The notes: generated by a model from the sequence alone, not told the origin. Numbered from the stretch's first letter, positions 18,317 through 29,790 are shown. The stretch is 64,000 nucleotides of DNA from Actinomycetota bacterium (GCA_039195375.1 JBCCVL010000003.1:9201-73200), one strand, 5' to 3'. Made by a program: numbers and translations.

Positions 18317-19645
18317 TTGCTCAACCGTCTCGACCTGCGGGACCTCGACCAGACGACGGATCTGGCCGCGGTGCTACCCCGGCCCGACATCGCCGGCGAC
18401 GAGCCGCGGGCGACCGTGCGGGAGATCATCGCCGAGGTCCGGGAGCGTGGTGACAAGGCACTCCGGCAGCTGACCGCCCGGTTCGACGGGGTCGAGCTCG
18501 ACTCGCTCGAGGTCCCGGATGGTGTGCTCGACGCTGCGGTCGCCTCGTTGAGCCCCGAGTTGCGGGAGGCGATGGAGGCTGCGGCCGAGGGGATCGAGAC
18601 CTTCCACCGCCACCAGGTCCGGGCGCCGGAGCGGATCGAGCGGGAGGGGATGACGATCGTCGCCTCCCAGCGCCCGGTGCGTCGGGCGGGGCTGTACGTG
18701 CCGGGCGGTCGGGCCGAGTACCCGTCGACGGTGCTGATGACCGCCGTCCCGGCCCGGGTGGCCGGTGTCGGCGAGATCGTGTTGTGCGTGCCGCCGAGCG
18801 CGGAGCACGGTGGGATCGTGCCGTCGGTGTTGGCCGCGGCCCGCCTGGCCGGGGTCGATCGGGTCTTCGCCGTCGGCGGCGCTCAGGCCATCGCAGCCAT
18901 GGCCTACGGCACCGAGAGCGTGCCAGCGGTGGACGTGATCGCCGGCCCGGGCAACGTGTACGTCGCCCTGGCCAAGCAGGAGGTCGCCGGCGACGTCGGG
19001 ATCGCGGCCGCCTTCGCCGGTCCGTCCGAGGTGGTCGTCGTCGCCGATGACACCGTCCCGGCCCGCTACGCCGCCATCGACGTCATCCTCCAGGCCGAGC
19101 ACGGACCGGACGGATTGGCTTGGCTGGTCACGTGGGACGAGGCGGTCGCCGATGCCGTCTGCCAGGCCGGTGAGGAGTTGTTGGCCGAATCGCCCCGAGC
19201 CGGCGACGTCCGGGCCACGTTGTCCGACGGGGGCTACGCCGCTCTGGTGAGCGGGCCCGAGCAGGCGCTCGCCGTCGTCGATGCCATCGCCCCCGAGCAC
19301 CTCGAGCTGCAGTGCCGTGACGCAGCCGAGCTGGCGCAACGGGTCGAGAACGCCGGTGCGATCTTTTGCGGGAACTGGTCGCCGGCCTCGGTCGGTGACT
19401 ACGTGGCCGGTCCGAGCCATGTGCTGCCGACCTTCGGGTCGGCCCGGTTCGCCAGCGCCCTGACCGTCGCCGACTTCGTCAAGGACCACCACGTCGTCAC
19501 CGTCGAGCCAGACGGCTTGGCCCGCCTCGGCCCGCACGTGGTGGCGCTGGCCAACCAGGAGGGCCTGTCCGCCCACGCCCGCTCGGTCGAGCTGCGGCTG
19601 GCCGAGCTCGCGGCCGATCCCGCCGCCGGCGGGGCGGGCCGGTGA
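18317..19645 (+). CDS. hisD: histidinol dehydrogenase
   Basis: ORF 18146..19645. TTG 18317 follows GAGAGAGGA and gives an (M)LNRLDLR N-terminus typical of actinobacterial HisD. LYVPGGRAEYPSTVLM, IAGPGNVYV, QAEHGPD. Confidence 0.9.
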   Translation: MLNRLDLRDLDQTTDLAAVLPRPDIAGDEPRATVREIIAEVRERGDKALRQLTARFDGVELDSLEVPDGVLDAAVASLSPELREAMEAAAEGIETFHRHQVRAPERIEREGMTIVASQRPVRRAGLYVPGGRAEYPSTVLMTAVPARVAGVGEIVLCVPPSAEHGGIVPSVLAAARLAGVDRVFAVGGAQAIAAMAYGTESVPAVDVIAGPGNVYVALAKQEVAGDVGIAAAFAGPSEVVVVADDTVPARYAAIDVILQAEHGPDGLAWLVTWDEAVADAVCQAGEELLAESPRAGDVRATLSDGGYAALVSGPEQALAVVDAIAPEHLELQCRDAAELAQRVENAGAIFCGNWSPASVGDYVAGPSHVLPTFGSARFASALTVADFVKDHHVVTVEPDGLARLGPHVVALANQEGLSAHARSVELRLAELAADPAAGGAGR

Positions 19646-20733
19646 GCCGCCGGCCCGAGGTCCGCGACGATCTGCGGGAGCTGGCCGGCTACCACTCGCC
19701 GCAGGTCTCGGTCGACGTGCGGTTGAACACCAACGAGGCGCCGGGACCGCCGCCGGCGGCGTTCGCCGAGGCGGTGGCCGCTGCGGCCCGCGACCTCGAC
19801 TGGCACCGCTATCCCGACCGGGGCGCGACCGAGCTGCGCCGGGCGATCGGCGAGCTGTACGGCGGCATCGGCCCGGAGCGGGTCTTTTGCGCCAACGGGT
19901 CGAACGAGGTCCTGCAGACGTTGCTGTTGACGTTCGCCGGCCCCGGTCGCCGGACCCTCACGTTCGAGCCGACGTATGCGTTGCACGCCCACCTGAGCCG
20001 GATCACTGGCTCCGATCCGGTTGCCGTGGACCGCGATCCCGGCTTCGCCATCGACCCCGAGGCGGCGGCCGAGGCGGTCCGCCGGGTCGAGCCGGCGATC
20101 ACCTTCCTCTGCTCGCCGAACAACCCGACCGGCATGGTCGAGCCGGACGCGACGATCGAGGCCGTGCTCGACGCCGTGATCGACGTCGGCGGTCTGCTCG
20201 TGGTCGACGAGGCCTACGGCGAGTTCGCCCCCCGCTCGGCGGTCGAGCTGCTCGACGAGGACCGTCCGTTGGTGGTGACCAAGACCTACTCGAAGACGTG
20301 GGCGATGGCCGCGGCCCGGCTCGGCTACCTCCTCGGCCCGGCCTGGCTGGTCGAGAAGCTGGAGCTGGTGGTGCTGCCGTACCACCTCGATGCCCTCAAG
20401 CAGGCCGCGGGGTTGGCCGCCCTCGGTTTCGTCGACGAGATGAACGCCCGGGTGGCGTCGATCGTCGAGGAGCGGGGCCGCATCGAGGCCGCGCTCGGCG
20501 AGCTCGGCGCCGAGGTCTGGCCGTCCGGGGCGAACTTCGTGCTCTTCCGGCCGCCGGGCGACGGAGCCGCGGTGTGGCAGCAGCTCGTCGACCGCTCCGT
20601 GCTCGTCCGCAACACCGCCAGCTGGGAGCACCTCGACGGCTGCCTGCGGGTGACCGTCGGCACCGCCGAGGAGAACGGTCGGTTCCTGTCCGCACTGGCC
20701 GACATACTGGGAGCGACGGCCCCGGTCCGGTGA
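19642..20733 (+). CDS. hisC: histidinol-phosphate aminotransferase
   Basis: GTGA overlap with hisD. LNTNEAP, FCANGSNEVLQ, LCSPNNPTG, TKTYSKTWAMAAARLGY (PLP lysine region). Confidence 0.9.
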   Translation: MSRRPEVRDDLRELAGYHSPQVSVDVRLNTNEAPGPPPAAFAEAVAAAARDLDWHRYPDRGATELRRAIGELYGGIGPERVFCANGSNEVLQTLLLTFAGPGRRTLTFEPTYALHAHLSRITGSDPVAVDRDPGFAIDPEAAAEAVRRVEPAITFLCSPNNPTGMVEPDATIEAVLDAVIDVGGLLVVDEAYGEFAPRSAVELLDEDRPLVVTKTYSKTWAMAAARLGYLLGPAWLVEKLELVVLPYHLDALKQAAGLAALGFVDEMNARVASIVEERGRIEAALGELGAEVWPSGANFVLFRPPGDGAAVWQQLVDRSVLVRNTASWEHLDGCLRVTVGTAEENGRFLSALADILGATAPVR

Positions 20734-20782
20734 CGGTCCCGAGCTGGCGGCCAGACGACACCATGGACCCCCTGGAGGCGCG

Positions 20783-21373
20783 GTGACCCGCAACAGCAGC
20801 CGATCCCGCAGCACGGCCGAGACCTCGGTCGAGGTCAGCATCGACCTCGACGGTAACGGTCGGACCGACGTGTCCACCGGCATCCCGTTCTACGACCACA
20901 TGCTCGACCAGCTCGGCCGACACGGTGGGTTCGACCTGACGGTCGAGGCCAAGGGGGATCTGCACGTCGACGCCCACCACACGGTGGAGGACACGGCGAT
21001 CGTGGTCGGCGAGGTGTTCGCCGAGGCCGTCGGCGACAAGGTCGGGGTCCGGCGCTTCGCCAGCGGCCGCTACCCACTCGACGAGGCGCTCGTCGAGGTG
21101 GCGCTGGACCTGTCTGGCCGGCCGTACTTCGTGTGGGACGTCGAGATGCCGGAGGCCATCCCGCTCGGCAACCCGCCGTTCGACCCGTCGATGGCCGAGC
21201 ACGCCCTTGGCAGCTTCGCCACCAATGCCGGCATCACGCTGCACGTCACGCTCGTTCGGGGCCGCAACGTGCACCACATCATCGAGGCCGCCTTCAAGGG
21301 GGTGGCCCGCTGCCTGCGCGATGCGGTCCGCATCGAGGACGACCGCCTCCCCTCGACCAAGGAGGCGCTGTGA
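20783..21373 (+). CDS. hisB: imidazoleglycerol-phosphate dehydratase
   Basis: TGIPFYDHMLDQLGRHGGFDL, DAHHTVEDTAIVVG, GRNVHHIIEAAFKGVARCLR. Confidence 0.92.
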   Translation: MTRNSSRSRSTAETSVEVSIDLDGNGRTDVSTGIPFYDHMLDQLGRHGGFDLTVEAKGDLHVDAHHTVEDTAIVVGEVFAEAVGDKVGVRRFASGRYPLDEALVEVALDLSGRPYFVWDVEMPEAIPLGNPPFDPSMAEHALGSFATNAGITLHVTLVRGRNVHHIIEAAFKGVARCLRDAVRIEDDRLPSTKEAL

Positions 21374-21485
21374 GCGCCGACCGGGTTGAGGAGGCGCGGT
21401 GAGCGCCGACCGGGTGGAGGTGGCGCGGTGAGCGCCGACCGGGTGGAGGTGGCGCGGTGAGCGCCGACCGGGTTGAGGAGGCGCG
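21370..21485 (+). repeat. 4 x 29-bp head-to-tail tandem repeat (units A-B-B-A) filling the hisB-hisH spacer
   Basis: Unit A is gtgagcgccgaccgggttgaggaggcgcg (21370-98 and 21457-85). Unit B differs at 2 positions (21399-427 and 21428-56). Read directly from the sequence. Confidence 0.95.
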
Positions 21486-22106
21486 GTGACCACGATCGCC
21501 GTGCTCGACTACGGGATCGGGAACCTTCGGTCGGCCCAGAAGGCCCTGCAGCATGTCGGGGCCGACGCCAACCTGACCGACGATCCCGGGCTCATCGAGG
21601 CGGCCGACGGGGTGGTGCTGCCCGGCGTCGGGAACTTCGGGGCCTGCATGCGGGCCCTGGTGGAGACCGGTCTGGCCGACCAGGCACGGAAGGTAGCCGA
21701 GCGGGGCCAGCCGTTCCTCGGGATCTGTGTCGGCATGCAGCTGCTGTTCGAGGGGTCGGCCGAGGCCCCCGAGGCCGGCCTCGGCCTCCTGCCCGGCCGC
21801 GTCGATTGGCTGCCGGACGGGGTCAAGCGCCCCCAGATGCAGTGGAACCAGCTCGCCTGTGTCGACCATCCGCTGCTGTCCGGACTCGACGGCGGGTGGG
21901 TGTACTTCGTGCACAGTCTGGCGCCGGTGCTCGGCGACGGCCTGACCGACGAGCACGTGCTGGCCACCACCGACTACGGCGGTCCGGTGATCGCCGCCGC
22001 CGGCCGGGACAACGTGATGGCCACCCAGTTCCATCCGGAGAAATCGGCCGCCGGCGGACTGCGCTTGCTGACCAACTTCGTCGAGCTCGCCGGCGCCGAC
22101 CGATGA
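21486..22106 (+). CDS. hisH: imidazole glycerol phosphate synthase, glutamine amidotransferase subunit
   Basis: IAVLDYGIGNLRSAQKAL, LPGVGNFG, GICVGMQLLF (nucleophile Cys), ATQFHPEKS. Confidence 0.92.
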   Translation: MTTIAVLDYGIGNLRSAQKALQHVGADANLTDDPGLIEAADGVVLPGVGNFGACMRALVETGLADQARKVAERGQPFLGICVGMQLLFEGSAEAPEAGLGLLPGRVDWLPDGVKRPQMQWNQLACVDHPLLSGLDGGWVYFVHSLAPVLGDGLTDEHVLATTDYGGPVIAAAGRDNVMATQFHPEKSAAGGLRLLTNFVELAGADR

Positions 22107-22921
22107 CCATCGAGCGCTCGGCTCCGACCGACACGGACGGGTTCCGGCTGTTCCCGGCCATCGACCTGCGGGGCGGCCGCTGTGTCCGCCTGTACCAGGG
22201 CGACTACGACCGCGAGACGACCTACGGTGACGATCCGGTTGCCCAGGCCCGGAGTTTCGTGGCCGAGGGGGCGGAGGTGCTGCACGTCGTCGATCTCGAC
22301 GCCGCCCGCTCCGGTGAACCGGTCAACCGGGAGGTCATCGCCGCCATCTGCGCCGCTCTGCCGGTGCCGGTACAGGTCGGGGGTGGGGTCCGGTCGGTCG
22401 AGGCGGCCGAGGCGCTGTTCGCCGCCGGCGTCGATCGGGTGGTGATCGGGACGGCGGCGGTCGAGAACCCTGGTCTCGTCACCGACCTGGTCGGACGTGG
22501 TCGGTCGGTCGTCGTCGGGCTTGACGCCAGGGGAGACGAGGTCGCCACCCACGGCTGGACCACCAGCACCGGTCGCGCCGTCGCCGACCTGGCGGGTGAC
22601 TTCGCCGACATCGGCGTTGCCGCCCTCGTGGTCACCGAGATCGGACGGGACGGCACGATGGAGGGCCCCGACGTCGATGGCCTGCGAGCGCTGCTCGACG
22701 CAACCGACATCCCGGTGATCGCCTCCGGCGGCGTCGGCCTGGTCGGCCATCTGCGTTCGCTGGCCTCGGTGCGCTCGTCCGGCGGGGATCCGCTGGCCGG
22801 CGCCATCGTCGGTCGGGCCCTGTACGAGGGCAAGTTCAGCGTCGCTCAGGCCCTTGCGGCGATCGCCGGCGCCGGAAACGGTGCTCGTGGCGGCGCAGCG
22901 AGCGACGAGAGGAGCGGTTGA
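22103..22921 (+). CDS. hisA: HisA/PriA-family (ProFAR) isomerase
   Basis: In frame within ORF 21473..22921. ATG 22103 overlaps the hisH TGA (ATGA). [55 protein letters not shown]. Confidence 0.88.
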   Translation: MTIERSAPTDTDGFRLFPAIDLRGGRCVRLYQGDYDRETTYGDDPVAQARSFVAEGAEVLHVVDLDAARSGEPVNREVIAAICAALPVPVQVGGGVRSVEAAEALFAAGVDRVVIGTAAVENPGLVTDLVGRGRSVVVGLDARGDEVATHGWTTSTGRAVADLAGDFADIGVAALVVTEIGRDGTMEGPDVDGLRALLDATDIPVIASGGVGLVGHLRSLASVRSSGGDPLAGAIVGRALYEGKFSVAQALAAIAGAGNGARGGAASDERSG

Positions 22922-22922
22922 G

Positions 22923-23693
22923 ATGCAGGTGACCCGGGTGATCCCGTGTCTGGACGTCGCCGACGGTCGGGTGGTCAAAGGCGTCAACTTCGTCGACCTC
23001 CGAGACGCCGGCGACCCGGTGGAGCTGGCCGCGGTCTACGACCGGCAGGGTGCCGATGAGCTGGTGTTCCTCGACATCGGCGCCTCACACGAGAACCGCG
23101 ACACCACGGTGTTGATGGCCGCCGCCGTCGCCGAGCAGGTGTTCATCCCGTTCACGATCGGTGGCGGGATCCGCTCGGTCGACGACGCCAGGAAGCTGCT
23201 GCGGGCCGGGGCCGACAAGGTCTCGATCAACTCCGCTGCGGTCGCCCGGCCCGAGCTCGTCGGTGAGATCGCCGAGGAGTTCGGCTCCCAGTGTTGCGTG
23301 GTGGCCATCGACGGCCGACGCACCGCCGAGACCCCGTCCGGCTTCGAGGTCCACACCCACGGCGGCCGGCGTCCGACCGGGATCGACGTGGTCGAGTGGG
23401 CCGAGGAGGTGGTCGGCCGGGGCGCGGGTGAGATCCTCCTGACCTCGATGGACCGAGACGGGACCAGGGAGGGCTTCGATCACCCGATGACCCGGGCCGT
23501 CAGCGGGGCGGTCAACGTCCCGGTGATCGCCTCGGGCGGGGTCGGCTCGTTGGCCCACCTGGCCGACGGCGTGACCGAGGGTGGGGCCGACGCCGTGCTC
23601 GCGGCCAGCATCTTCCATTTCGGTGAGTCGACGATCGCCGAGGCCAAGGCGGCGATGACCGCCGCCGGCCTGACCGTCCGCCCCTCCGACTGA
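22923..23693 (+). CDS. hisF: imidazole glycerol phosphate synthase, cyclase subunit
   Basis: ORF 22854..23693 trimmed to ATG 22923. [49 protein letters not shown]. Confidence 0.92.
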   Translation: MQVTRVIPCLDVADGRVVKGVNFVDLRDAGDPVELAAVYDRQGADELVFLDIGASHENRDTTVLMAAAVAEQVFIPFTIGGGIRSVDDARKLLRAGADKVSINSAAVARPELVGEIAEEFGSQCCVVAIDGRRTAETPSGFEVHTHGGRRPTGIDVVEWAEEVVGRGAGEILLTSMDRDGTREGFDHPMTRAVSGAVNVPVIASGGVGSLAHLADGVTEGGADAVLAASIFHFGESTIAEAKAAMTAAGLTVRPSD

Positions 23694-23793
23694 GCCCGAG
23701 TCCGTCTCCCCGGGGGTGATCACCGGCGGCGGTGCGGTGCCCGTGGTTCGCAGGGTTGTTGCGTCGACGGGGTCCGTAGTGCCGGCGAGCGGA

Positions 23794-24447
23794 TCAGGTT
23801 GGGGCGATCCGGTCGAGCAGGTCGTCGGCGGCGGCGGTGACCTGGTCGAGACCTCGCATCCAGAAGTGATCGACGCCGTCGGCGGTCCGAACGTCGGTCG
23901 CCGGCCACGAGGCGGTCAGCGCCCCGGCATCAGCTGCGGTCCGGAAGTCGTCGGCGGAGCCGGACACGATCATGGTCGGTCGGGCGTCGGTTGCCGCCAC
24001 CATCGCCTCGGGGGCGACGATCCGAAGCGGGGGTGAGACCGCAAGCCAGCCCCCGATCCGGTCGTCGCCGACCGCCAAGGCCACGTCGGCGCCGAACGAG
24101 TAGCCGCCGAGCAGCAGCGGGCGGCCGGGGTAACGCTCGGCGGCGACGTCGATGGCGGCGACCACGTCGGACCGCTCGGCGTCGCCGCCGTCGTGGGAGC
24201 CGGCCGAGCCCCCGGCGCCCCGGAAGTTGAAGCGCAGGGTCGGCACGCCCCGGCCCGGCAGGTCGAGGAAGAGCCGGCCGACGACGTTGTTGTGCATCGA
24301 CCCGCCGTAGAGCGGGTGGGGGTGGCAGACGACGGCGACCGCACGGGGCTCCCTGTCGCCGTCGGCGGTCAGCGCCAGCTCACCCTCCAGGGCCAGACCG
24401 TCGACGGTCATCGGGTGCACGGACTCGACCGGTGGGGGTCCACTCAT
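23794..24447 (-). CDS. alpha/beta hydrolase (COG2945-like)
   Basis: ORF 23794..24513 trimmed to ATG 24447. CHPHPLYGGSMHNNVV, LRFNFRGAGGSAGSHDGG, LLGGYSFGADVA. Confidence 0.7.
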   Translation of the reverse strand: MSGPPPVESVHPMTVDGLALEGELALTADGDREPRAVAVVCHPHPLYGGSMHNNVVGRLFLDLPGRGVPTLRFNFRGAGGSAGSHDGGDAERSDVVAAIDVAAERYPGRPLLLGGYSFGADVALAVGDDRIGGWLAVSPPLRIVAPEAMVAATDARPTMIVSGSADDFRTAADAGALTASWPATDVRTADGVDHFWMRGLDQVTAAADDLLDRIAPT

Positions 24448-24599
24448 GGCGGCGACCCTACCGGTTCGCGCCCAGACGGCGCCCGTCGGCCGGCGGCCAC
24501 GGCGCACCGACAACGCCCGGTCCGGGGCGGTCCCGTCCCGCTACCCTGAGTCGACGCCCGGGCCGTCGGCGCCGGGAGCACCGATTGCGGAGAGACCAC

Positions 24600-25001
24600 G
24601 TGTCAGAGGCCAACGACCCCGAGGAGACGAGCGCCGAGTCGGCGGAGGCCAAGCCGCCACCCCGACCGGCCCGATCCAGCGGGGCCGAACGCCTGCCGAT
24701 CAAGATGCTGAACGATCGCATCCTGGTCCAGTTGGAGGGGCCGGACGGTGAGCGGAAGTCGAGCGGCGGGATCCTGATCCCGGCGACCGCACAGGTCGGG
24801 AAGCGGCTGACGTGGGCCGAGGTGGTGGCCGCCGGTCCAAACGTCCGCACCATGGAGCTCGGCGACCGGGTCCTGTTCAACCCGGAGGACCGCTACGAGG
24901 TCGAGGTCGGCGGTCACGACTACATCATCCTGCGCGAGCGCGACATCCACGCCGTGGCCGCCGAACGGCTCGACGATTCGCCCACGGGCCTCTACCTGTA
25001 A
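24600..25001 (+). CDS. GroES (Cpn10)-family protein, stand-alone paralog with N-terminal extension
   Basis: ORF 24432..25001. GTG 24600 follows GGAGAG. IKMLNDRILVQLEG...SGGILIPATA...AEVVAAGPN...GDRVLFNPEDRYEVEVGGHDYIILRERDIHAV aligns along the whole Cpn10 fold. No groEL adjacent. Confidence 0.7.
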   Translation: MSEANDPEETSAESAEAKPPPRPARSSGAERLPIKMLNDRILVQLEGPDGERKSSGGILIPATAQVGKRLTWAEVVAAGPNVRTMELGDRVLFNPEDRYEVEVGGHDYIILRERDIHAVAAERLDDSPTGLYL

Positions 25002-25025
25002 CCCGAGACCCGAGGAGGTCGCCCG

Positions 25026-26567
<1,542 letters not shown>

Positions 26568-26628
26568 AGCGGGCAACCGGAGAGCGCTGCGTGAGGCGTC
26601 CGACCGGGCGGGCGGGCAGACTGGGGGC

Positions 26629-27540
26629 ATGCTCGAACTGACCGAGTCCGTCTCCCGGCTCCAGTCCGGTCCCGTCGCCATCGGGACCGAGCGTGACCTG
26701 CTGATCGTCGCCGGCCCCGACGCCGCCAGCTATCTGCAGGGCCAGCTCAGCCAGGACGTCGACGGCCTGGCCGTCGGCGCCACCTCACGATCCCTGCTGC
26801 TCCAGCCCCAGGGCAAGGTCGACTCGTGGCTCCGGGTCCACCGCCGGGCCGACGACACGTTCTGGCTCGACACCGACGTCGGCCATGGCGCCGCCGCCGA
26901 GGCCAGGCTCAACCGGTTCAAGCTCCGGGTCGACTGCACGATCGAGGTGCGCACGGTGCCGGTGCTCGCCATCCGTGGACCTGGCTCGGGTGCGGTCGAC
27001 CCGGGCCCCGCCGGGGACGACGTCGTCGCCCTCGACGCCACCTGGGGCGGGATCGACGGGATCGATCTGCTGGCTCCGGCCGGCGGGCTCGACGCTGATG
27101 CGGCGGCTGCGGCGCTCGGACTCGACGTCGCCCCGGGTGGTCTCGGTGAGCTGGTCCGCATCGAGCAGGGTCTGCCGGCGATGGGCCACGAGCTCGACGA
27201 GTCGACGATCCCTGCGGCGGCCGGCATCGTCGAGGAGTCGGTCGACTTCACCAAGGGCTGCTACGTCGGCCAGGAGCTCGTCGCCAGGGTCGACTCCCGT
27301 GGCAACAACACCCCGACCCGCCTGCATCGGTTGCGGTTCCCCGACGGAATCCCCGACCCCGGGTCGGAGCTGCTCGCCGACGACGGCAAGGCGGCCGGCA
27401 CGGTGACCAGCGCGGTCGCGGTGCCGGGCGCAGCCGGGGTCGGGCTCGGCTACCTCAAGCGCTCGGTCACCGCACCGGTCACGCTGACGGCGTCGGTGGG
27501 GGACCGGGAGGTCCCGGTCGAGGCGACGGCGCTGGACTGA
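26629..27540 (+). CDS. ygfZ: folate-binding YgfZ / GcvT-fold protein
   Basis: ORF 26323..27540 trimmed to ATG 26629. GPDAASYLQGQLSQDV, LLLQPQGKV, FTKGCYVGQELVARVDSRG. Confidence 0.75.
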   Translation: MLELTESVSRLQSGPVAIGTERDLLIVAGPDAASYLQGQLSQDVDGLAVGATSRSLLLQPQGKVDSWLRVHRRADDTFWLDTDVGHGAAAEARLNRFKLRVDCTIEVRTVPVLAIRGPGSGAVDPGPAGDDVVALDATWGGIDGIDLLAPAGGLDADAAAAALGLDVAPGGLGELVRIEQGLPAMGHELDESTIPAAAGIVEESVDFTKGCYVGQELVARVDSRGNNTPTRLHRLRFPDGIPDPGSELLADDGKAAGTVTSAVAVPGAAGVGLGYLKRSVTAPVTLTASVGDREVPVEATALD

Positions 27541-29056
27541 CCGGCGCCGGCGAGTCGTCGACGAGCTCGACGGTCGGGTCGTCGTCCGGCCGCCGGAGTG
27601 GGAAGGCCATGGTCAGCCGAGCCCCGCCCTCGGCTGCGTTGCCGGCCTCGACCGAGGCGCCCATGGCCGCCGCCAGCTCACGGACGATCGCCAGTCCGAG
27701 CCCGGTCGGGTTCTCGGCTCGCCTCGGGCGGGCCCGGCCGGTGTAGAGCCGGTCGAACACGAACGGAAGGTCGGCCGGGTCGAAGCCCGGTCCGTCGTCG
27801 GCAACGGTCACCAGTGCCCGGCCGCCGCTGGCCGATCCCTCGGCCACCGTCGTGACCAGCACCACCACCCTCGCCGCGGCGAAGCCCATGGCGTTGGTGA
27901 CGAGGTTGCCGATCGCCTGGGCCAGACGGTCGGCGTCGGCCAGCACCGGCGCTGGCCCGTCGACGACCGTCTCGATCGCGATCCCGTCCTGGGCGGCCTG
28001 GGGGGCCAGCCCGGCGGCCGTTCGGCCGGCGACGACGCCGAGGTCGACGGGTCGGAGGTCGAGACGGAAGCGGTTGGCATCGAGCTTGGCCAGGTCGAGC
28101 AGGTCACCGACCAGGCGATCGAGGCGGGCCGCCTGGTTGCCGATGACCTCACCGGCCCCACGGGGCTCGGCTGCGCCGTCGCGGAGCGCCTCGGCGTAGC
28201 CGGAGATCGCGGTCAGCGGGGTCCGCAGGTCGTGGGAGACCGAGAGCAGGAACTGCTGGTCCAGGGCCCGGGACCGCTCCAGGTCAGCCGCCATCCGATT
28301 GACCGAGCGACCGAGCTGGACCAGCTCGTCGTTGCCGCCGAGGCCCCGGTGGTCGGCGCCGCCACCGGGTCCGCCTGAGGTCCCGTCGATGTCCTCACCG
28401 TGGATGCGGACCCTGGCGTCGAGCTGGCCAGCGGCGAGCGCCGCCGTCGTCGCCTCGATGGCCCGGATCGGATGGACGAGGCGTCTGGCCAGCAGGATCC
28501 CGGCAACGAGTGCGCCGACGAGGACGATGGCGCTCGACAGCAGGAACCAGACCACCGTGCGGCGGGGCACGGCGGTCACCGGTTGGGCGGCGAGGAGTGC
28601 GAACCGGAGTTGGGTCGCAGTGGCCGGATCGGTGGCGATCGCCAGGGGCCGGAGCCCGACGACGGCGTCGTCGTGGTCGACGAGCACCGTCTCGTCTGCG
28701 GCCAGGGCCGCCAGCTGGTCGGCGTCGATCGACAGGCCGGGCAGTGACCGCAGCGGATTGCCCCGCCCCCGTCCACCGAACCCGAGCGAGCGCACGCTGC
28801 CGTCGTCGCCGAGCACGACCGGCTCGAGGACCTCCAGACCGAGATCGCGCCGGTTCTGGGGGATGACGGCCTGCAGCTGACGAGCCGGCCTGGCCTCCGA
28901 TTCCAGCAGGGAGCCGACGACGTTCAGGCCCCGCTGGACCTGGTCCTCGGCCCGGTTCCTGGCCCCGACCTGGGCGATGGCCAGGATCCCGAACCCGACC
29001 AGCAGGATCGACACCAATGCCGTCAACACGAAGGCGATCGCCAGACGTCGCTGCAC
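27479..29056 (-). CDS. sensor histidine kinase (TM-HAMP-HisKA-HATPase)
   Basis: H-box LLSVSHDLRTPLTAISGYAEAL, N-box GNLVTNAMGF, DDGPGF, GLGLAIVRELA. Pro-rich tail. 3' end overlaps ygfZ convergently. Confidence 0.88.
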   Translation of the reverse strand: MQRRLAIAFVLTALVSILLVGFGILAIAQVGARNRAEDQVQRGLNVVGSLLESEARPARQLQAVIPQNRRDLGLEVLEPVVLGDDGSVRSLGFGGRGRGNPLRSLPGLSIDADQLAALAADETVLVDHDDAVVGLRPLAIATDPATATQLRFALLAAQPVTAVPRRTVVWFLLSSAIVLVGALVAGILLARRLVHPIRAIEATTAALAAGQLDARVRIHGEDIDGTSGGPGGGADHRGLGGNDELVQLGRSVNRMAADLERSRALDQQFLLSVSHDLRTPLTAISGYAEALRDGAAEPRGAGEVIGNQAARLDRLVGDLLDLAKLDANRFRLDLRPVDLGVVAGRTAAGLAPQAAQDGIAIETVVDGPAPVLADADRLAQAIGNLVTNAMGFAAARVVVLVTTVAEGSASGGRALVTVADDGPGFDPADLPFVFDRLYTGRARPRRAENPTGLGLAIVRELAAAMGASVEAGNAAEGGARLTMAFPLRRPDDDPTVELVDDSPAPVSPAPSPRPGPPGPPPTPSA

Positions 29057-29057
29057 G

Positions 29058-29720
29058 TCAGCCCAGCCGGTAGCCGACGCCCCGGACCGTGGCCAGCGGG
29101 AGGTCGTCGCCGAGCTTGCGTCGGAGTTGTCTGACGTGCACGTCGACCGTCCGGGGATCGCCGATCCAGTCGGTGCCCCAGGCCAGGTCGAGCAGCTGTT
29201 GACGGCTGAGGGCGATCCCCTCGTTGCCGATCAGGGCCTCGAGCAGCGCCCATTCCTGGGTGGCGAGCGGGACGGGCTCGCCACCGGAACGAACCTCGCG
29301 TCGTTCGAGATCGACCGACACCTCCCCGTAGTCGGCCCGGTTGCCGCCGCCCGAGCCCCGCCCTCGGCGCAGTACCGCCTTGATCCTGGCGACGATCTCC
29401 CTCGGCGAGAACGGCTTGGTCACGTAGTCGTCGGCCCCCATCTCGAGGCCGAGGATCCGGTCGACCTCGTCGTCACGGGCGGTGAGGAACAGGACGGGCA
29501 CGTCACTGGTCTGGCGCAGCTCGCGGCACACGTCGAACCCGTCGAGCCCGCCGGGCAGGCCAACGTCGAGGATCACGAAGTCGGGCTTGCGGGCCCGGAT
29601 GACCTCGAGCCCGACCGTGCCGTCCGGCGCCAGATGCACCGTCCAGCCCTCGCGCCGGAAGTACAGCGCCAACAGGTCGGCGATGTCGGGTTCGTCCTCG
29701 ACGACGACGATGGCAGTCAT
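29058..29720 (-). CDS. OmpR-family response regulator
   Basis: ORF 29058..29873 trimmed to ATG 29720 (MTAIVVVEDEPDIADLL). DFVILDVGLPG, C-terminal winged helix ...VDVHVRQLRRKL...TVRGVGYRL. Confidence 0.9.
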   Translation of the reverse strand: MTAIVVVEDEPDIADLLALYFRREGWTVHLAPDGTVGLEVIRARKPDFVILDVGLPGGLDGFDVCRELRQTSDVPVLFLTARDDEVDRILGLEMGADDYVTKPFSPREIVARIKAVLRRGRGSGGGNRADYGEVSVDLERREVRSGGEPVPLATQEWALLEALIGNEGIALSRQQLLDLAWGTDWIGDPRTVDVHVRQLRRKLGDDLPLATVRGVGYRLG

Positions 29721-29790
29721 CGCCTCTTGAGCGTAGGGGGCGATTGTTAGGAAGGGGTGAAGGCCGGGCGTTGCCACTACATTCGCCGGC

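Noticed and set aside
21370-21485. Possible CRISPR array (29-bp repeats)
   Set aside because: The units are directly abutting with no spacers. They sit inside an operon junction and duplicate the local SD-start module, and there are no cas genes. This is a tandem repeat, not CRISPR.
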